Shown piece after piece: positions 7,159-18,292 of a stretch of 64,000 nucleotides of DNA (within the stretch, counting starts at the first letter, position 1; the number at the start of each line of letters is the position of its first letter). Source of the stretch: an uncultured Planctomycetaceae bacterium (GTDB taxonomy: Bacteria; Planctomycetota; Planctomycetia; Planctomycetales; Planctomycetaceae); the NCBI GenBank assembly GCA_963815195.1, contig CAWFGE010000021.1, positions 128,001-192,000 on the forward strand. The letters are read 5' to 3'. Below the pieces are notes generated by a model. That model saw only the letters and a list, made by a program, of their open reading frames with translations, had not been told where the DNA came from and searched no databases. The position numbers and the translations under genes were made by a program.

Positions 7159-10032
7159 ATGGATTTCCCCGATTTGAGGTTCACCAGCGAACTGCGCCCT
7201 TCGCAGCGGGAGATTGTGGAGATTGCCCGCCGGCAACTGGGAAACGGGCAACGGCGGTTGCACGTGGTCGCTCCGCCGGGTTCGGGAAAGACGATTGTCG
7301 GCCTCTATTTGTGGTCGCAGTTCATAAAGAAGCCCGCACTCGTGCTCTCGCCGAACTCCGCCATTCAGTCTCAGTGGGCGGACCGTGTGGAACTGTTTCA
7401 GCCGGACGGTTCCGCAAAGGCGACGCTCGCGACCACCGATTCCGAGACGCCGGGGCTGTTGACTTCGCTCACTTATCAGGCGGTGACGCTTCCTCGAAGT
7501 GGAGGCGACGATCTGGAATCCGCAGCCGTCGCGTTTTGGATCGACCGGCTGATCGAATCCGGACAGGCCGAGGATCCCGGCGAGGCCGCGGTTTGGATTT
7601 CCGATCTGCAAAAACACAATCCCGATTACCATGCCGCGCGTTTGGCCGTCTATTCCAAGCAGGTCCGCGATCAGGCGGCGCTGGACGGGAAGGCGATGGC
7701 GGTGCTGCATCAAAGCGCGCTTCTCGCGCTGGAGCGATTGCGGGACCTGGGCGTCGGCGTGATCATTCTGGATGAATGCCACCATCTCCTCGGACACTGG
7801 GGCCGCGTGCTTGCGGATGCGCACGAGTTTCTCGAACAGCCGGTCGTGATCGGGCTGACCGCGACGCCGCCGGACCGCACCGGCAAAGCGGCCGCGGACA
7901 TTGAACGGTATGACGCGTTTTTCGGCCCGATCGACTATGAGGTGCCTGTCCCCGCCGTCGTCAAAGACGGCTTTCTGGCGCCGTATCAGGATTTGGCTTA
8001 CTTCGTCCGGCCGCAGGCCGCCGAGTTGACGTTCGTTGCCAACACCGACGAGGCATTTCGGCAGATCGTGGAGGACTTGTGCCGCGAACGCCCGCGAGAG
8101 CCGGAGGACGAGGAATTCAATGGATCCGACGCGGCTCCCGGTCAAGCGCTCGAACAAATCCCGGAACCGGCTCCGCCTTTGGTCGATTGGCTCCAAACGG
8201 TTTTGCGCGAACGGCGGTTGCCAATGGGAACCGTGGCAACCTGGCTCGATTTTGAAAAGCGCGATCCGGCGTTCGCCCAGGCCGGCCGCTGGTTTCTGAT
8301 CGGACAGGAAATCGAATTGCCCGACGGCGTGCCCGAACCGGACGAACCGGCGGACGTTTCCGAAATTCCCGAGATCGAAATCCTGGTCCCCGTCCTGGAC
8401 CGCTATGTTCGCCACTGTCTCAGGCGGTCGGCTCATCGGGCGGATCAGGAGCTGGCGAAACAGGCGGTCCGGCGTCTCAGGGTGCTCGGCGTGCAAATCA
8501 CCGAAACGGGCTGCCGGGCCTGCGCTTCACCCGTGGGCCGAGTCTTGGCCTATTCCAAAGCCAAGGCCGAGGCTCTTCTGGCGATTCTTCGCGAGGAACA
8601 GCGGGTGCTGGGCGAACATCTCCGCGCTGTGGTCGTGACAGACTACGAAAGAACCTCGGCGGTCACGGCGGAGATCGATCACCTGCTCGATGCCGAGGCC
8701 GGCGGAGCGGTCGCCGCCTTCAAGATGTTGCTCAGCGCTCCCGAGACCGACGCCCTCAATCCGGTGCTGGTGACCGGTTCCAGCGTATTGGTCGATGACG
8801 ATTTGGCACCCCGGTTGTTTGCGAGAGCCGAAGCGTGGTTGTCCGCGCGGAATGACGATGTGGAGCTGCGTTACGAAATCGAAGAGGGCTTTCATGTGCT
8901 CAACGGTCGCGGCAGGGACTGGTGCCCCCGGGTCTACGTCGGGCTTCTGACCGACCTGTTTCAAGAGGGCGTGACGCGGTGCCTGGTGGGAACCCGCGGG
9001 TTGTTGGGCGAAGGTTGGGACGCCAGCAGAATCAACTGCTTGATCGACTTGACGACCGTCACGACGTCCATGTCGGTCAACCAGTTGCGCGGCCGGTCCA
9101 TTCGGCTGGATCCGGACCGGCCCCAGAAATTGGCGAACAACTGGGACGTGGTCTGCATCGCTCCCGAATTCGCAAAAGGTCTCGACGACTACGACCGCTT
9201 TCGCCGGAAGCACGAAACGATCTTCGGGGTCACGGATGATGGAGCCATCGAGAAAGGCGTCGGCCATGTCCACGCCGCCTTCACATCGATGAAGCCGGAG
9301 GGTTTGGAGCATTCCGTCGCCGCCTTGAACACGGAAATGCTCGAAAGATGCGCCGAGCGCGACAACGCCCGGCGGCTGTGGCGAATCGGCGAACCGTACC
9401 ACGCCGAGCCGATTTCGACTTTGGAGGTTCGCCTGGCCGGAATGACCGGGGGCTTCCCGCCCTTTGGCCGCTTCAAGGAGCCTTGGACGGATCGCTCGCT
9501 GACAATGGCCGTGGGAACGGCGGTCCTGAAGGCACTTGACGAAGCCGGGTTGTTGAAGACGCAGCCGCCGCTGCAAATTCGCGAGCGGGCCGGCGGCTAC
9601 ATGCGGGTGTTCTTACAACAGGCGAACCCAGCGGAAAGCGCCCTCTTCACGAAAGCCTTGCACGAAGCCTTGGGCCCGTTTCGGCAGCCGCGCTACGTCA
9701 TTCCCCGGCACGTCGATCAACGCGAAGCGACGTGGCTCTCGAAGCTGCTTCCGAATATCTTAGGCCGGTATCTCGAGCGCCGCCGGCAGGAGATGGTGAT
9801 GTTGCACGCCGTCCCTTCCGTGCTCGCCAAAAATCGGACGCGCGCGGAGATCTTCCAAAAACATTGGAATCGCCACGTCAGCCCCGGAGAGGTGCTGTTT
9901 GCCCGCCGCGGCCCGGGCGAAGAACTCGTCCGGAAAGCCCGGCGACAAAACCTCATGCCCGCCGCGCTGGGCCACGAGAAGGAAGTCTTTCTCACAATCG
10001 AGCCAACAGATCGCACGGTCTCCGGAGAATAG
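7159..10032 (+). CDS. Superfamily 2 DEAD/DEAH-box helicase (ResIII/XPB-like) with long insert and C-terminal extension
   Basis: Q-motif LRPSQ, Walker A APPGSGKT, DECHH, GLTATPP, LLGEGWD, QLRGRSIR. Confidence 0.88.
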   Translation: MDFPDLRFTSELRPSQREIVEIARRQLGNGQRRLHVVAPPGSGKTIVGLYLWSQFIKKPALVLSPNSAIQSQWADRVELFQPDGSAKATLATTDSETPGLLTSLTYQAVTLPRSGGDDLESAAVAFWIDRLIESGQAEDPGEAAVWISDLQKHNPDYHAARLAVYSKQVRDQAALDGKAMAVLHQSALLALERLRDLGVGVIILDECHHLLGHWGRVLADAHEFLEQPVVIGLTATPPDRTGKAAADIERYDAFFGPIDYEVPVPAVVKDGFLAPYQDLAYFVRPQAAELTFVANTDEAFRQIVEDLCRERPREPEDEEFNGSDAAPGQALEQIPEPAPPLVDWLQTVLRERRLPMGTVATWLDFEKRDPAFAQAGRWFLIGQEIELPDGVPEPDEPADVSEIPEIEILVPVLDRYVRHCLRRSAHRADQELAKQAVRRLRVLGVQITETGCRACASPVGRVLAYSKAKAEALLAILREEQRVLGEHLRAVVVTDYERTSAVTAEIDHLLDAEAGGAVAAFKMLLSAPETDALNPVLVTGSSVLVDDDLAPRLFARAEAWLSARNDDVELRYEIEEGFHVLNGRGRDWCPRVYVGLLTDLFQEGVTRCLVGTRGLLGEGWDASRINCLIDLTTVTTSMSVNQLRGRSIRLDPDRPQKLANNWDVVCIAPEFAKGLDDYDRFRRKHETIFGVTDDGAIEKGVGHVHAAFTSMKPEGLEHSVAALNTEMLERCAERDNARRLWRIGEPYHAEPISTLEVRLAGMTGGFPPFGRFKEPWTDRSLTMAVGTAVLKALDEAGLLKTQPPLQIRERAGGYMRVFLQQANPAESALFTKALHEALGPFRQPRYVIPRHVDQREATWLSKLLPNILGRYLERRRQEMVMLHAVPSVLAKNRTRAEIFQKHWNRHVSPGEVLFARRGPGEELVRKARRQNLMPAALGHEKEVFLTIEPTDRTVSGE

Positions 10033-10071
10033 TTGCGCGTCGATGGCCGGAAGGCGATCCGATTTGCCGTT

Positions 10072-11497
10072 TCAGCGTTTTGAACTCGCCACGCGTGGGA
10101 TGGGGACGATTTCCGGCGGTTGGCTTCCCGGCACCCTTTGGAGATCGCGGAGCCAAACTTCGGCGCTTTTCATGCCGGGGTCGAGCTCCAGAGCTTTTTG
10201 GAAATGCGACCGGCTTTCCTCCAAGGCGTTTTCGTAGATGATCACGCCCAGGTTGTAATGCGCCGCCGCCTCGCCGCCGGCCATCCGCAATTCGGAAAAG
10301 GACGCGTCGAGCTGCCCCGATCGGCCGAGCGCCACTCCCAGATGAAACCGGCGCTTCGCGTCCGTCCCGTTCAGTTCGACGGCCTGTTTCAGCACCTGGG
10401 CGGATTTCGTCCATTCCCCGCGCCTCCGAATACGTCTCGGACAGCGCGTCGAGGAACTCCGGATCACCCAAGTCCTGCGTCAAGGCTTTGGCTCTCCCCG
10501 CGGGTCTTGTTGCGAGTGGCCGGATGTGAAAGGCCGGCTCCAACCGATCGCAGGATTGCCAGTCGGACCGGCTTCCGGACAAGGGCGCGATCGCCGCGGA
10601 TTTCTCCGAGGGATCGGTTTGCGGAAGCGGTTTCGCCTTCGGCGCGATCGCCGGATCGTTGGGGATCTCGAGCGGCGTTTGAGCCGCGGCGGGTTGGCCG
10701 GAAATTTGCCGTGGTGACGCTGCATCGCTCGACGTGGAAGGATCGCGATAGATGACCTTGCAATCCGGGTGTTGTTTCTTGAAGGCTGCGACGGCCGCGG
10801 GCGTGACGGCTGTTTCGAGCAGGCTCACCCCGCGCAGCGAGCCGGACTCCCCCAGCACGATCAGACTTTCATCCGTCGCCTGGGTGCCGTTGATGACGAG
10901 GTATTTGAGGCCGGGCATCGAAGCCAGCGACTTGATCGCCGCGTCCCCGACCGGCGCGTACGAAATGTTGAGAAACTCCAATTGCTGCATCGAAGTCAAA
11001 CGGCGAACGCCCTGATCGCTGATGCGGGATCGAGAGAGATCGAGCTGCTTCACGCCGGGAATCTGAACGAGCCAAGCGAGCAATTCGTCGTCGGCTTTGA
11101 CGAGCGCCAAATCGACGGCGAGCGCATTGCCTTCGATCTCCCGAGTGATGCGGGCTCCCGCGTCCTTCAACTTGTGGATGGCCAGTTCTTCGGCCGGCGA
11201 GTCCACAGCTTCGCCCGGCGATGGCGCTTTGGGCAAAGTCAGGTCTTGGGGATAGGGGGCGGCGTTCGGATCCTCGCCTGCCGGGGCTTTCGATTTGTCC
11301 GGCTGTGTGGAACCGAGACGCGAATGTTTGGCGATCGAATCGCCCGACGCTTGGGAGCCCGCGGGCTGTTCCACGGATGCTCCAATCATATTCGGCGGCG
11401 GCGGGGCTTGATTGACTTGAGACGAAGGACATCCGGTCAAAATCATCAGAACCGGAACGATCCCCAACACCCGCACCTTATTCACTGAAGCTTTCAT
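10072..11497 (-). CDS. Lipoprotein with leucine-rich repeats and C-terminal TPRs; frameshift near 10430
   Basis: Lipobox ILTGC; LRRs LDLSRSRISDQGV, LNISYAPVGDAAI, LVINGTQATDESL. TPR text (AHYNLGVIIYE, FQKALELDP) is in ORF 10072..10467. Confidence 0.75.
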
Positions 11498-11799
11498 CCT
11501 GATTCCTTCTGGGACACTGACAAGTCGCATTGGCGAAATCACCAATACAATCGTCACTCCCGTGTTTTTGGATCCAATTCGTACATCCCGATTTGCCCCC
11601 AATTCACGCGGGCGCGCCTCTTGTAACAGTGCTGGCAGTCGGGGAAATTGGGCGGTTTGGGAGGCTGCGCGAGCCTGGTCCGCCGGCGGTCTTGTGCCGT
11701 TTTTCCCAGATTTCGGGAACAGGCCCGGATGTGGGTGAATTTCTGATCCTATATTTTCACAGATTGTCTCTGCTCCCCCTCAACTCAAGCGGATGCGCC

Positions 11800-13538
11800 A
11801 TGTCGATTTGGAATCGAGATTCAAAATCTCCCTCTGCAGGCATTTCCTGGACCTCTCCTGGTTTGGGCGTTTTGGTTTTGCTTCTGGCACCGGTTTTCGC
11901 CTTGGCCGGCGGTCGCCCGGAGATTGCATTGAAGGCGGAAATCGAGCCAAACCCGCAGGCCGGCGATTTGCTTCCTATTCCCGAAGGAGACTATCCGCCT
12001 CCGACACACGACGGCTGGTTTGCCATTCGTCACGGCAATGAAGCGGGCGTGTTTTCCATCGATGAACGCACCGGCGCCATCCGGTTCGCCCATCCGGAGC
12101 GCTGGGACGCCCAAGCCCGGGGCCCGATCGATTTGCTCATCGAACACGGCAGGCCCGACGAGGCCCAACGGCCAAAATACGCCAAGGAACGGCGGTTTTT
12201 GTTGGGGGCCGGGTTGACCGAACAGGAAATCTGCCGGGAACTGGGTTTGGTGACCCGCTATTCGATTCAGGTCGCACCAATTCCTCCAACGGAAGCTCCT
12301 CAGGAACCCGCCATCGCCGCCACCCGGCCGAAGCCCGCAAAGAGTTTCCCTTTCCTGCCGACGCGGAGGCAAATGGAGCAAGCCGCGAATGCGTCGACCG
12401 ATCGGCTTCAAGACGTTTTCGCAACGGTCGGCTCCTGGAAACCGGAACCCCAACCGCCGATCCAAATCCTGGCCGAAACGAAGCCGGACTCGTCGACCCA
12501 GCCCGCACCGCCCACTTCCATCCCGGCCGCGAAACCTTCCGCCGCTATTCCGCCGCCACCGGCCGTGAAAACCTCTCCCAACGCGACCACGCCGCAACGG
12601 GCGAAGCACGCGGAATCGGCCCATTCGACCGCGCACGGACCGTGGCTGTTTTATGCCTTCATGATCGTCGCCATTCAATTGTTTTATTTGTTTTACTTTA
12701 ACGACAAGACCCGCCGGGAGCTGCAGGTTCAAAATGCGGTCATGCAGCGGGAAAACCAGGATCTCAAGGCGGAATTGCAGAAACTCCATCGCCGGGAACC
12801 GACCCCAAACGCAGCAAAAGCCGCGTCGGCCGCCGAGCCATCCGATTCCGGAACGGTTCCAAACCCGCAGCCTACAACACCCGCGGAGTGGTCCGTGTCG
12901 GCGATGCCTCCCGGCGAATCTCCTGCATCCCGGCTGGAAAATCGGCACCTGCGGCAGGAAAGCCACGAGGCCCGGCATCCCGCGTCTCCGATCACTCGCG
13001 ACGACCACGTGCAGAAAATCGGCGATGCGCCCCGGCATCCTCCGCTTCCGCTCCAAAAGAGCATGTGCACGAACTCCTCGAGAATCTCTCAGAGCAGTTT
13101 GGCGTCGAGGCGCCCTCCACAATGGAACCCGAGCATTCGAGCATTCCGCACGAAGTCATCCGCGAAGCGGAGCCCGCGCAGCCCGACACCGGCGGGAACG
13201 GTTCAATCTCCGACTACATGGACTATTTGCTGAAAACCTACTCGACAAAGCCGGGACCGAAAGGCCCTCCGGAAGACGCGTTCCCGAGTTCGCAATCCAA
13301 TCGGGCGGGGCAAGGCTCCGTTCGCCATCCGAGCCGCACATCCGAGCCCGTTGCCGCGTACGATCTGGATGACACGCGGTCGCAGATCGAAGCGCTCAGG
13401 GAAACGTCGAACCTCAACGTGGCGAGCGCCCTCCGCAAAGCCTCGTCCCGCCGCCGACGCAAACGCTTGGGCTTGTGGATTAAATTCAGCGTCCTGTTAG
13501 CCGGAGTTTACGCCGCGGTGGTATTTCTGTTGGGATAA
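11800..13538 (+). CDS. Hypothetical membrane protein: signal peptide, cadherin-like domain, Pro-rich linker, TM helix, coiled coil, C-terminal TM; frameshift near 13000-13050
   Basis: FAIRHGNEAGVFSIDERTGAI resembles a cadherin motif; TM WLFYAFMIVAIQLFYLFYF. The C-terminus continues in ORF 12888..13538. Confidence 0.6.
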
Positions 13539-13622
13539 AAGGGCGTTCCGACTCGCCGGACAAAGTCGTCGCCTCCCCTTTGATCCTTTGCGGCCTATGT
13601 GGCCTTTGCCCCTTTTGGAAAA

Positions 13623-15509
13623 TCACAACTGCCCGCGATACCGCACAAAGCCTTCGAGGGCATAATACTCCGGCAGGCCGAGTTCGTTGTAGATGCGGGC
13701 GGTGCGTTTCGTGCGGTGCTCGGCGCGTTCCCAAAACTCGCGCTCATCGTGGCCGGGATAGCGGGCCCGGTCTTTCTGCGATTCGTGCTTGAAGATCGCG
13801 TGCTTTTTCTGCGTGGTCACTTCGGGACTCAAAGGCACGGCCCGCTCGATTTCGTCCGGTTCATATTCCTGCCAGGCCCCGCGGTACAGCCAAACTTCCG
13901 GTTCCAAACCGTCGGCTCGGGTGAGCTCGAGCGCCGGAAAATCGCCTCCGCACACAACCGGTGCGTGCCGTGCGGATCGGTGAGATCGCCCGCGACATAC
14001 ACCTGATGAGGATGTAACTCGCGAAGCACGGCCGCCACGATCCTCACGTCTTCTTCGCCGATGGGTTTCTTCGTGATGTCGCCGGTGTGGTAGAACGGCA
14101 AGTCGAGGAAGTGGCATTTCTCGGCGGGAACACCCGCGGTCTGGGCGGCGGCGACGGCTTCGGTCTTGCGGATCAGCGATTTCACGTCCAGCACGTTTTG
14201 CGTATCCGGATCGCCCGGCCCCTTCCGCCCGATGTCCTGCCGGAGCTGCCCGTAAAACGCTCGCCCCTTTTCCGAATCCAACCCGAACGTCTGCTGCAGA
14301 CTCTTCGACATAATTGATGTGCCGGAGCGCATCGTGATCGAACACGGCGATGTTCCCGCTGGTCATGTAGGCGATGTGCACGTCGTGCTGCTGTTTGGCA
14401 AGCGTGATCAATGTGCCGCCCATCGAGATCACATCATCGTCGGGATGCGGGCTGAACACCAGGACCCGCCCGGGTTCGTCGCCGCCGGGCTTTTCGCAGA
14501 TCCCGGAAAGCAAATCCTGAAACACGCGCTGGCGGAGGACTTCGACTGGGCCGCGTTCCCGCACGAGTTGATGGAGATGATTCAAATGAAAGTCGCGGGC
14601 TTCGAGCTTCAACAGGGCTTTGCCGGTCCGCTGGGCGAGCCAGATCACGGCTTGCTTTTCGGTTCGGTCATTCCAGCGGATTTCAGAAATCAGCCAGGGC
14701 GTGGCGATGGCCGTGAGCTTCGCCGCCGCCGCCCGATCGACCGCGATGATTGCGTTCTTGTGCGACTGCAAAAAGCTCGCGGGCACGCTCGCCGTCATGT
14801 CCTCCTCGACGGCCCGGCGGACGGTGTCGGCTTTGTGCTCGCCCAAGGCCATCACGATAATTTTGCGGGCGGCCAGGATCGTCCCCAGGCCCATGGTGAG
14901 CGCCTGCATGGGGACGTTCTCTTCGCCGAAAAAATCGCCCGCCGCATCCTGGCGGGTCACGGGATCGAGCGTGACCAGCCGCGTGCGGGTGTTCCGGCCG
15001 GAGCCGGGCTCGTTAAAGCCGATGTGCCCGTTTCGCCCGAGGCCCAACAGCATCAAATCGATCCCGCCGACGCGCTCGATCTCGCGCTCGTATTCTTCGC
15101 AGAAGTCTTCGAGTTCCTCGGCGGCAAGATCGCCGCGCGGGATGTGAATGTTCTCCGGCGGGATGTTGACGTGATCGAAAAACGTCTCCCGCATGAAGCG
15201 GTGGTAGCTGTGGATGGAATCCGCGGGCATCGGCCAGTATTCGTCCAGGTTGAACGTAATGACCCGCGAGAAATCGAGGCCCTCGTCCCGGTAGAGCCCA
15301 ACGAGCGCCCGGTAAACGCCGGTGGGCGTCGAGCCGGTCGGAAGTCCCAGCACGGTGGGCATGCCGGCGGAGTTGTTTTCGCGGATCAAACTGGCAATCA
15401 CGAGCGCGACGTGCTGCCCGACATCCGCCGAGTCGTGAAACGCCAGCGTGGGGACGGCGGTGTGTTTGAGGATGCGGGGCGAACTGGATTTCACGGCGAA
15501 CTTCGGCAT
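13623..15509 (-). CDS. nagB: Glucosamine-6-phosphate deaminase fused to a PIG-L/LmbE-like domain; compensating frameshifts near 14300 and 13935
   Basis: LGLPTGSTP, TFNLDEY, GRNGHIGFNEPG, ALTMG, SPHPDDDVISMGG, YMTSGNIAV. The segment FLDLPFY...AGDLTDPHGTH is in the alternative frame 13829..14332. Confidence 0.92.
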   Translation of the reverse strand: MPKFAVKSSSPRILKHTAVPTLAFHDSADVGQHVALVIASLIRENNSAGMPTVLGLPTGSTPTGVYRALVGLYRDEGLDFSRVITFNLDEYWPMPADSIHSYHRFMRETFFDHVNIPPENIHIPRGDLAAEELEDFCEEYEREIERVGGIDLMLLGLGRNGHIGFNEPGSGRNTRTRLVTLDPVTRQDAAGDFFGEENVPMQALTMGLGTILAARKIIVMALGEHKADTVRRAVEEDMTASVPASFLQSHKNAIIAVDRAAAAKLTAIATPWLISEIRWNDRTEKQAVIWLAQRTGKALLKLEARDFHLNHLHQLVRERGPVEVLRQRVFQDLLSGICEKPGGDEPGRVLVFSPHPDDDVISMGGTLITLAKQQHDVHIAYMTSGNIAVFDHDALRHINYVEESAADVRVGFGKGASVLRAAPAGHRAEGAGRSGYAKRAGREIADPQDRSRRRRPDRGCSRREMPLPRLAVLPHRRHHEETHRRRRREDRGGRASRVTSSSGVCRGRSHRSARHAPVVCGGDFPALELTRADGLEPEVWLYRGAWQEYEPDEIERAVPLSPEVTTQKKHAIFKHESQKDRARYPGHDEREFWERAEHRTKRTARIYNELGLPEYYALEGFVRYRGQL

Positions 15510-15757
15510 GGATCGGGGACTGAAAAATGGGCGAACTCTTCGAGCGCGGGATTTGACGCTTTCATTCTAACGCAAACCGCCGGCCCCGTGCCGCCTGACG
15601 CGGAAGGAGTTTCCTGAAATCGCCTGCTTCGGCCTTGAGATCTTGGTTGACGCCCTTCAATCCGGCTCCGAGATTCGCCATACTTCGTCGGACAAATAAG
15701 CTGACTTCAGCCGATGCCTTCGGAGTCCGGCAAATTCGAGGAATTTGAATCAACACT

Positions 15758-17434
15758 ATGGAACCGGCTCTGACCCTCAGCCTGGGAATTCTGTTCATCG
15801 CCGGTCTGGCCGCCGCCCTCGTGGCGAGCCGGCTGGGAATCCCGCGCGTGACGTTTTACATCGTGATCGGCCTGTTGGTCGGTCCGTCGCTGTTTGACCT
15901 CATCCCCGAACGCCATCTCGAGGAACTCGATCCCGTCCTCAAACTGGCGCTGGCGATGGTGCTTTTGGAGATTGGCAGCCGCTTCACCCTGGATTCGTTC
16001 CGCCGCGTCATTCGAACGGCGCTCCCCTTGGCGCTCGGCGAGTTGGGGTGCACGTTCCTGTTGGTGGTGGCGGGCGTGTGGATCGCGGGCGAAGAGGCCA
16101 AAGCCGCGGTTTTGCTGGGGGCCTTGGCCTTGGCGACGGCCCCGGCGACGACCATCGTCGTCCTGCAGGACTGCGATTCGGAAGGCCCGATCACCTCCTT
16201 GACCTACGTGCTTGTCGCCATGAACAATCTCGCGGCGATCCTCGCTTTCGAGCTATTGTTCGTGCTGGCCTCCTTGTCTACGAATCCCGCCGGCGGTCTG
16301 GCTTTCGAGCTCGGCCGGCTGGCGGTCGATCTCGTGGGATCGACCGCGACCGGTTTGATTGGAGGCCTCGTGGTCAGCGTGCTCGCGGCTCGGCTGAGCG
16401 ATCGCCAGCGATCTCTCGCCGTGTTCGCCGTGACCACGCTCGTCTTGGGAATCTGCGAAGGGTTTCGCATTCCCTACCTGCTGACGTTCTTGACGATGGG
16501 CGTCACGCTGGCGAACACGTCCTCGCTGGCGCGGCCGCTGCTCAAGTCGCTCGACCCGGTGACCGGCCTGTTGTACGTCGTGTTCTTCGTCGCGGCGGGG
16601 GCTGAGCTCAACCTTCGCAGTTTGAAGGCCGCGGGAGTCGTCGGCATCGTGTATATCGTCGCCCGCTGCGCTGGGAAATATCTGGGCATCCGCGGGGCGG
16701 CCCGGATCCGCGGCGAATCCCCGGCGGTCCAGCGTTGGCTGGGACTCACCCTGATCGCCCAGGCCGGGGCCGCCATCGGTCTCGTGCAGATTGTGGTGGA
16801 GCGGGATCGCGAGCTTGGCGCACACCTGCAATCCGTGATCGTCGGCACGGTGATTTTCTTTGAAGTGCTCGGACCGATCCTCGCACGCACCGCCGTCGTC
16901 CGCGCGGGCGAAGTGCCGATCGCCCAACTCGTCCGGCCGGATCGACCGGGTTGGCTCGAGATCGGTTGGAGCGTGCTCGGGCGGATTCGCCAGGCCTTCG
17001 GCGGCGACCCCTGGGCGGGCCGGTCCATCGAGACGCTGACGGTCCGCGATTTGATGCGGCAGAACGTTCCCGCGCTCCGGCCGTCCGATGGCTTCCTCAC
17101 AGTGCTCGACTTCATCGAACACAGCCGCCAGCACGTGTATCCCGTCGTGGGCGAGGCCGGCGAACTCGCCGGCGTGATTTATTATCACGAAATCCGCTCG
17201 GAACTCTTCGATCCCGAACTGGCCGCCCTGGTGCGGGCCGAGGACCTTTGCCGCCCGGCCCGGTGGACGCTGTTTTCCGGCCAATTGCTCGACGAGGCGC
17301 TTGCGGTTGTGGAGAAGACGTCCGACGATGCGATCCCCGTCGTCGCCGGGGAAGACGACCTCACGCTGGTGGGCATCATCGAACGCCGGGACATCGTCCG
17401 CTTCGTCAAACGCCGCCACCTCCCGCCCGGCTGA
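15758..17434 (+). CDS. Cation:proton antiporter (CPA2-like) with a C-terminal CBS pair
   Basis: About 12 hydrophobic helices, ATAPATT, FFVAAGAEL, ARCAGK, QAGAAIGL; CBS motifs VRDLM, YPVV, LVGII. Confidence 0.88.
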   Translation: MEPALTLSLGILFIAGLAAALVASRLGIPRVTFYIVIGLLVGPSLFDLIPERHLEELDPVLKLALAMVLLEIGSRFTLDSFRRVIRTALPLALGELGCTFLLVVAGVWIAGEEAKAAVLLGALALATAPATTIVVLQDCDSEGPITSLTYVLVAMNNLAAILAFELLFVLASLSTNPAGGLAFELGRLAVDLVGSTATGLIGGLVVSVLAARLSDRQRSLAVFAVTTLVLGICEGFRIPYLLTFLTMGVTLANTSSLARPLLKSLDPVTGLLYVVFFVAAGAELNLRSLKAAGVVGIVYIVARCAGKYLGIRGAARIRGESPAVQRWLGLTLIAQAGAAIGLVQIVVERDRELGAHLQSVIVGTVIFFEVLGPILARTAVVRAGEVPIAQLVRPDRPGWLEIGWSVLGRIRQAFGGDPWAGRSIETLTVRDLMRQNVPALRPSDGFLTVLDFIEHSRQHVYPVVGEAGELAGVIYYHEIRSELFDPELAALVRAEDLCRPARWTLFSGQLLDEALAVVEKTSDDAIPVVAGEDDLTLVGIIERRDIVRFVKRRHLPPG

Positions 17435-17534
17435 GCGCGGAACGAAAACCACTTCTTGTGAATCGCAAAAGTCTGGTACAATAAAACTGAGGGACAATTC
17501 GGAAACACCGGGAACGAATAGCGGAGGTTATGCC

Positions 17535-18278
17535 ATGAACAGGTCGCTCAAAAACGCGGACCGGCGAATCCTCAAACAATCGGCCGGGTTCACGCTAATC
17601 GAGGTGTTGGCCGTTTTGGCGGTCATTGCGATTCTGATTGTGCTACTTCTTCCCGCCCGGCGGGATTCGCGAGGGGCGTCCCGCCGGGTGGCGTGCAAGA
17701 ACAACCTCAAGCAGATCGGTATTGCGCTCTACAATTACAGGGAGGATCACGGCACGCTGCCGCCCGCTTATACTATGGATGCCAACGGCAAGCCGCTCCA
17801 CAGTTGGCGAACGCTGATCCTGCCGTACTTGGACGAACAGGCGTTGTACGACCGGATCGATCTCACCAAGCCTTGGAACGATCCGGCCAACGCCGCGGTG
17901 TATCAGGTGAATCTCCCATTCTATCAATGCCCCACGCCCGATCTGCCCGCGAACCACACGACCTATTTGGGCCTGGTGGGGGTGAACTGTTACTTTCATC
18001 CCCATCGCGGCCGGCAGCTTTCCGAACTGAAGGATGGGCCTTCAGAAACCGCCGCCGTCATCGAAGCGGCTCCAAAGCATGCGGTGCATTGGATGGCTCC
18101 CCAGGATGCGGACGGGCGCTATTTATTGGAACTGCCGGAAGAGCCGCCGCTGCCCCATCAGGGCGGAACGCATCTGCTCCTGGCCGACGGCAGCGTGCGC
18201 TACATCAGCCCGGAAGTCTCGCCCGGCAGCCGCTTGGCGCTTTCCACGATTGCCGGGCAGGACAAGGTCTCGGAGTGA
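17535..18278 (+). CDS. DUF1559 prepilin-type protein
   Basis: GFTLIEVL, CKNNLKQIGIALYNY, HSWRTLILPYLD, H-X9-DG motif (HQGGTHLLLADG). Confidence 0.9.
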   Translation: MNRSLKNADRRILKQSAGFTLIEVLAVLAVIAILIVLLLPARRDSRGASRRVACKNNLKQIGIALYNYREDHGTLPPAYTMDANGKPLHSWRTLILPYLDEQALYDRIDLTKPWNDPANAAVYQVNLPFYQCPTPDLPANHTTYLGLVGVNCYFHPHRGRQLSELKDGPSETAAVIEAAPKHAVHWMAPQDADGRYLLELPEEPPLPHQGGTHLLLADGSVRYISPEVSPGSRLALSTIAGQDKVSE

Positions 18279-18292
18279 GCTGCGTTTTCGTT

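Noticed and set aside
7159..10032. Type III restriction-modification Res subunit
   Set aside because: No adjacent methyltransferase and no recognisable PD-(D/E)xK nuclease motif.
15600..15757. Fluoride or Na+/Li+ riboswitch upstream of the antiporter
   Set aside because: TTCGCCATA and GCTGA fragments resemble the crcB motif, but the GGCGATG 5' strand and GATGAC pseudoknot partner are missing.
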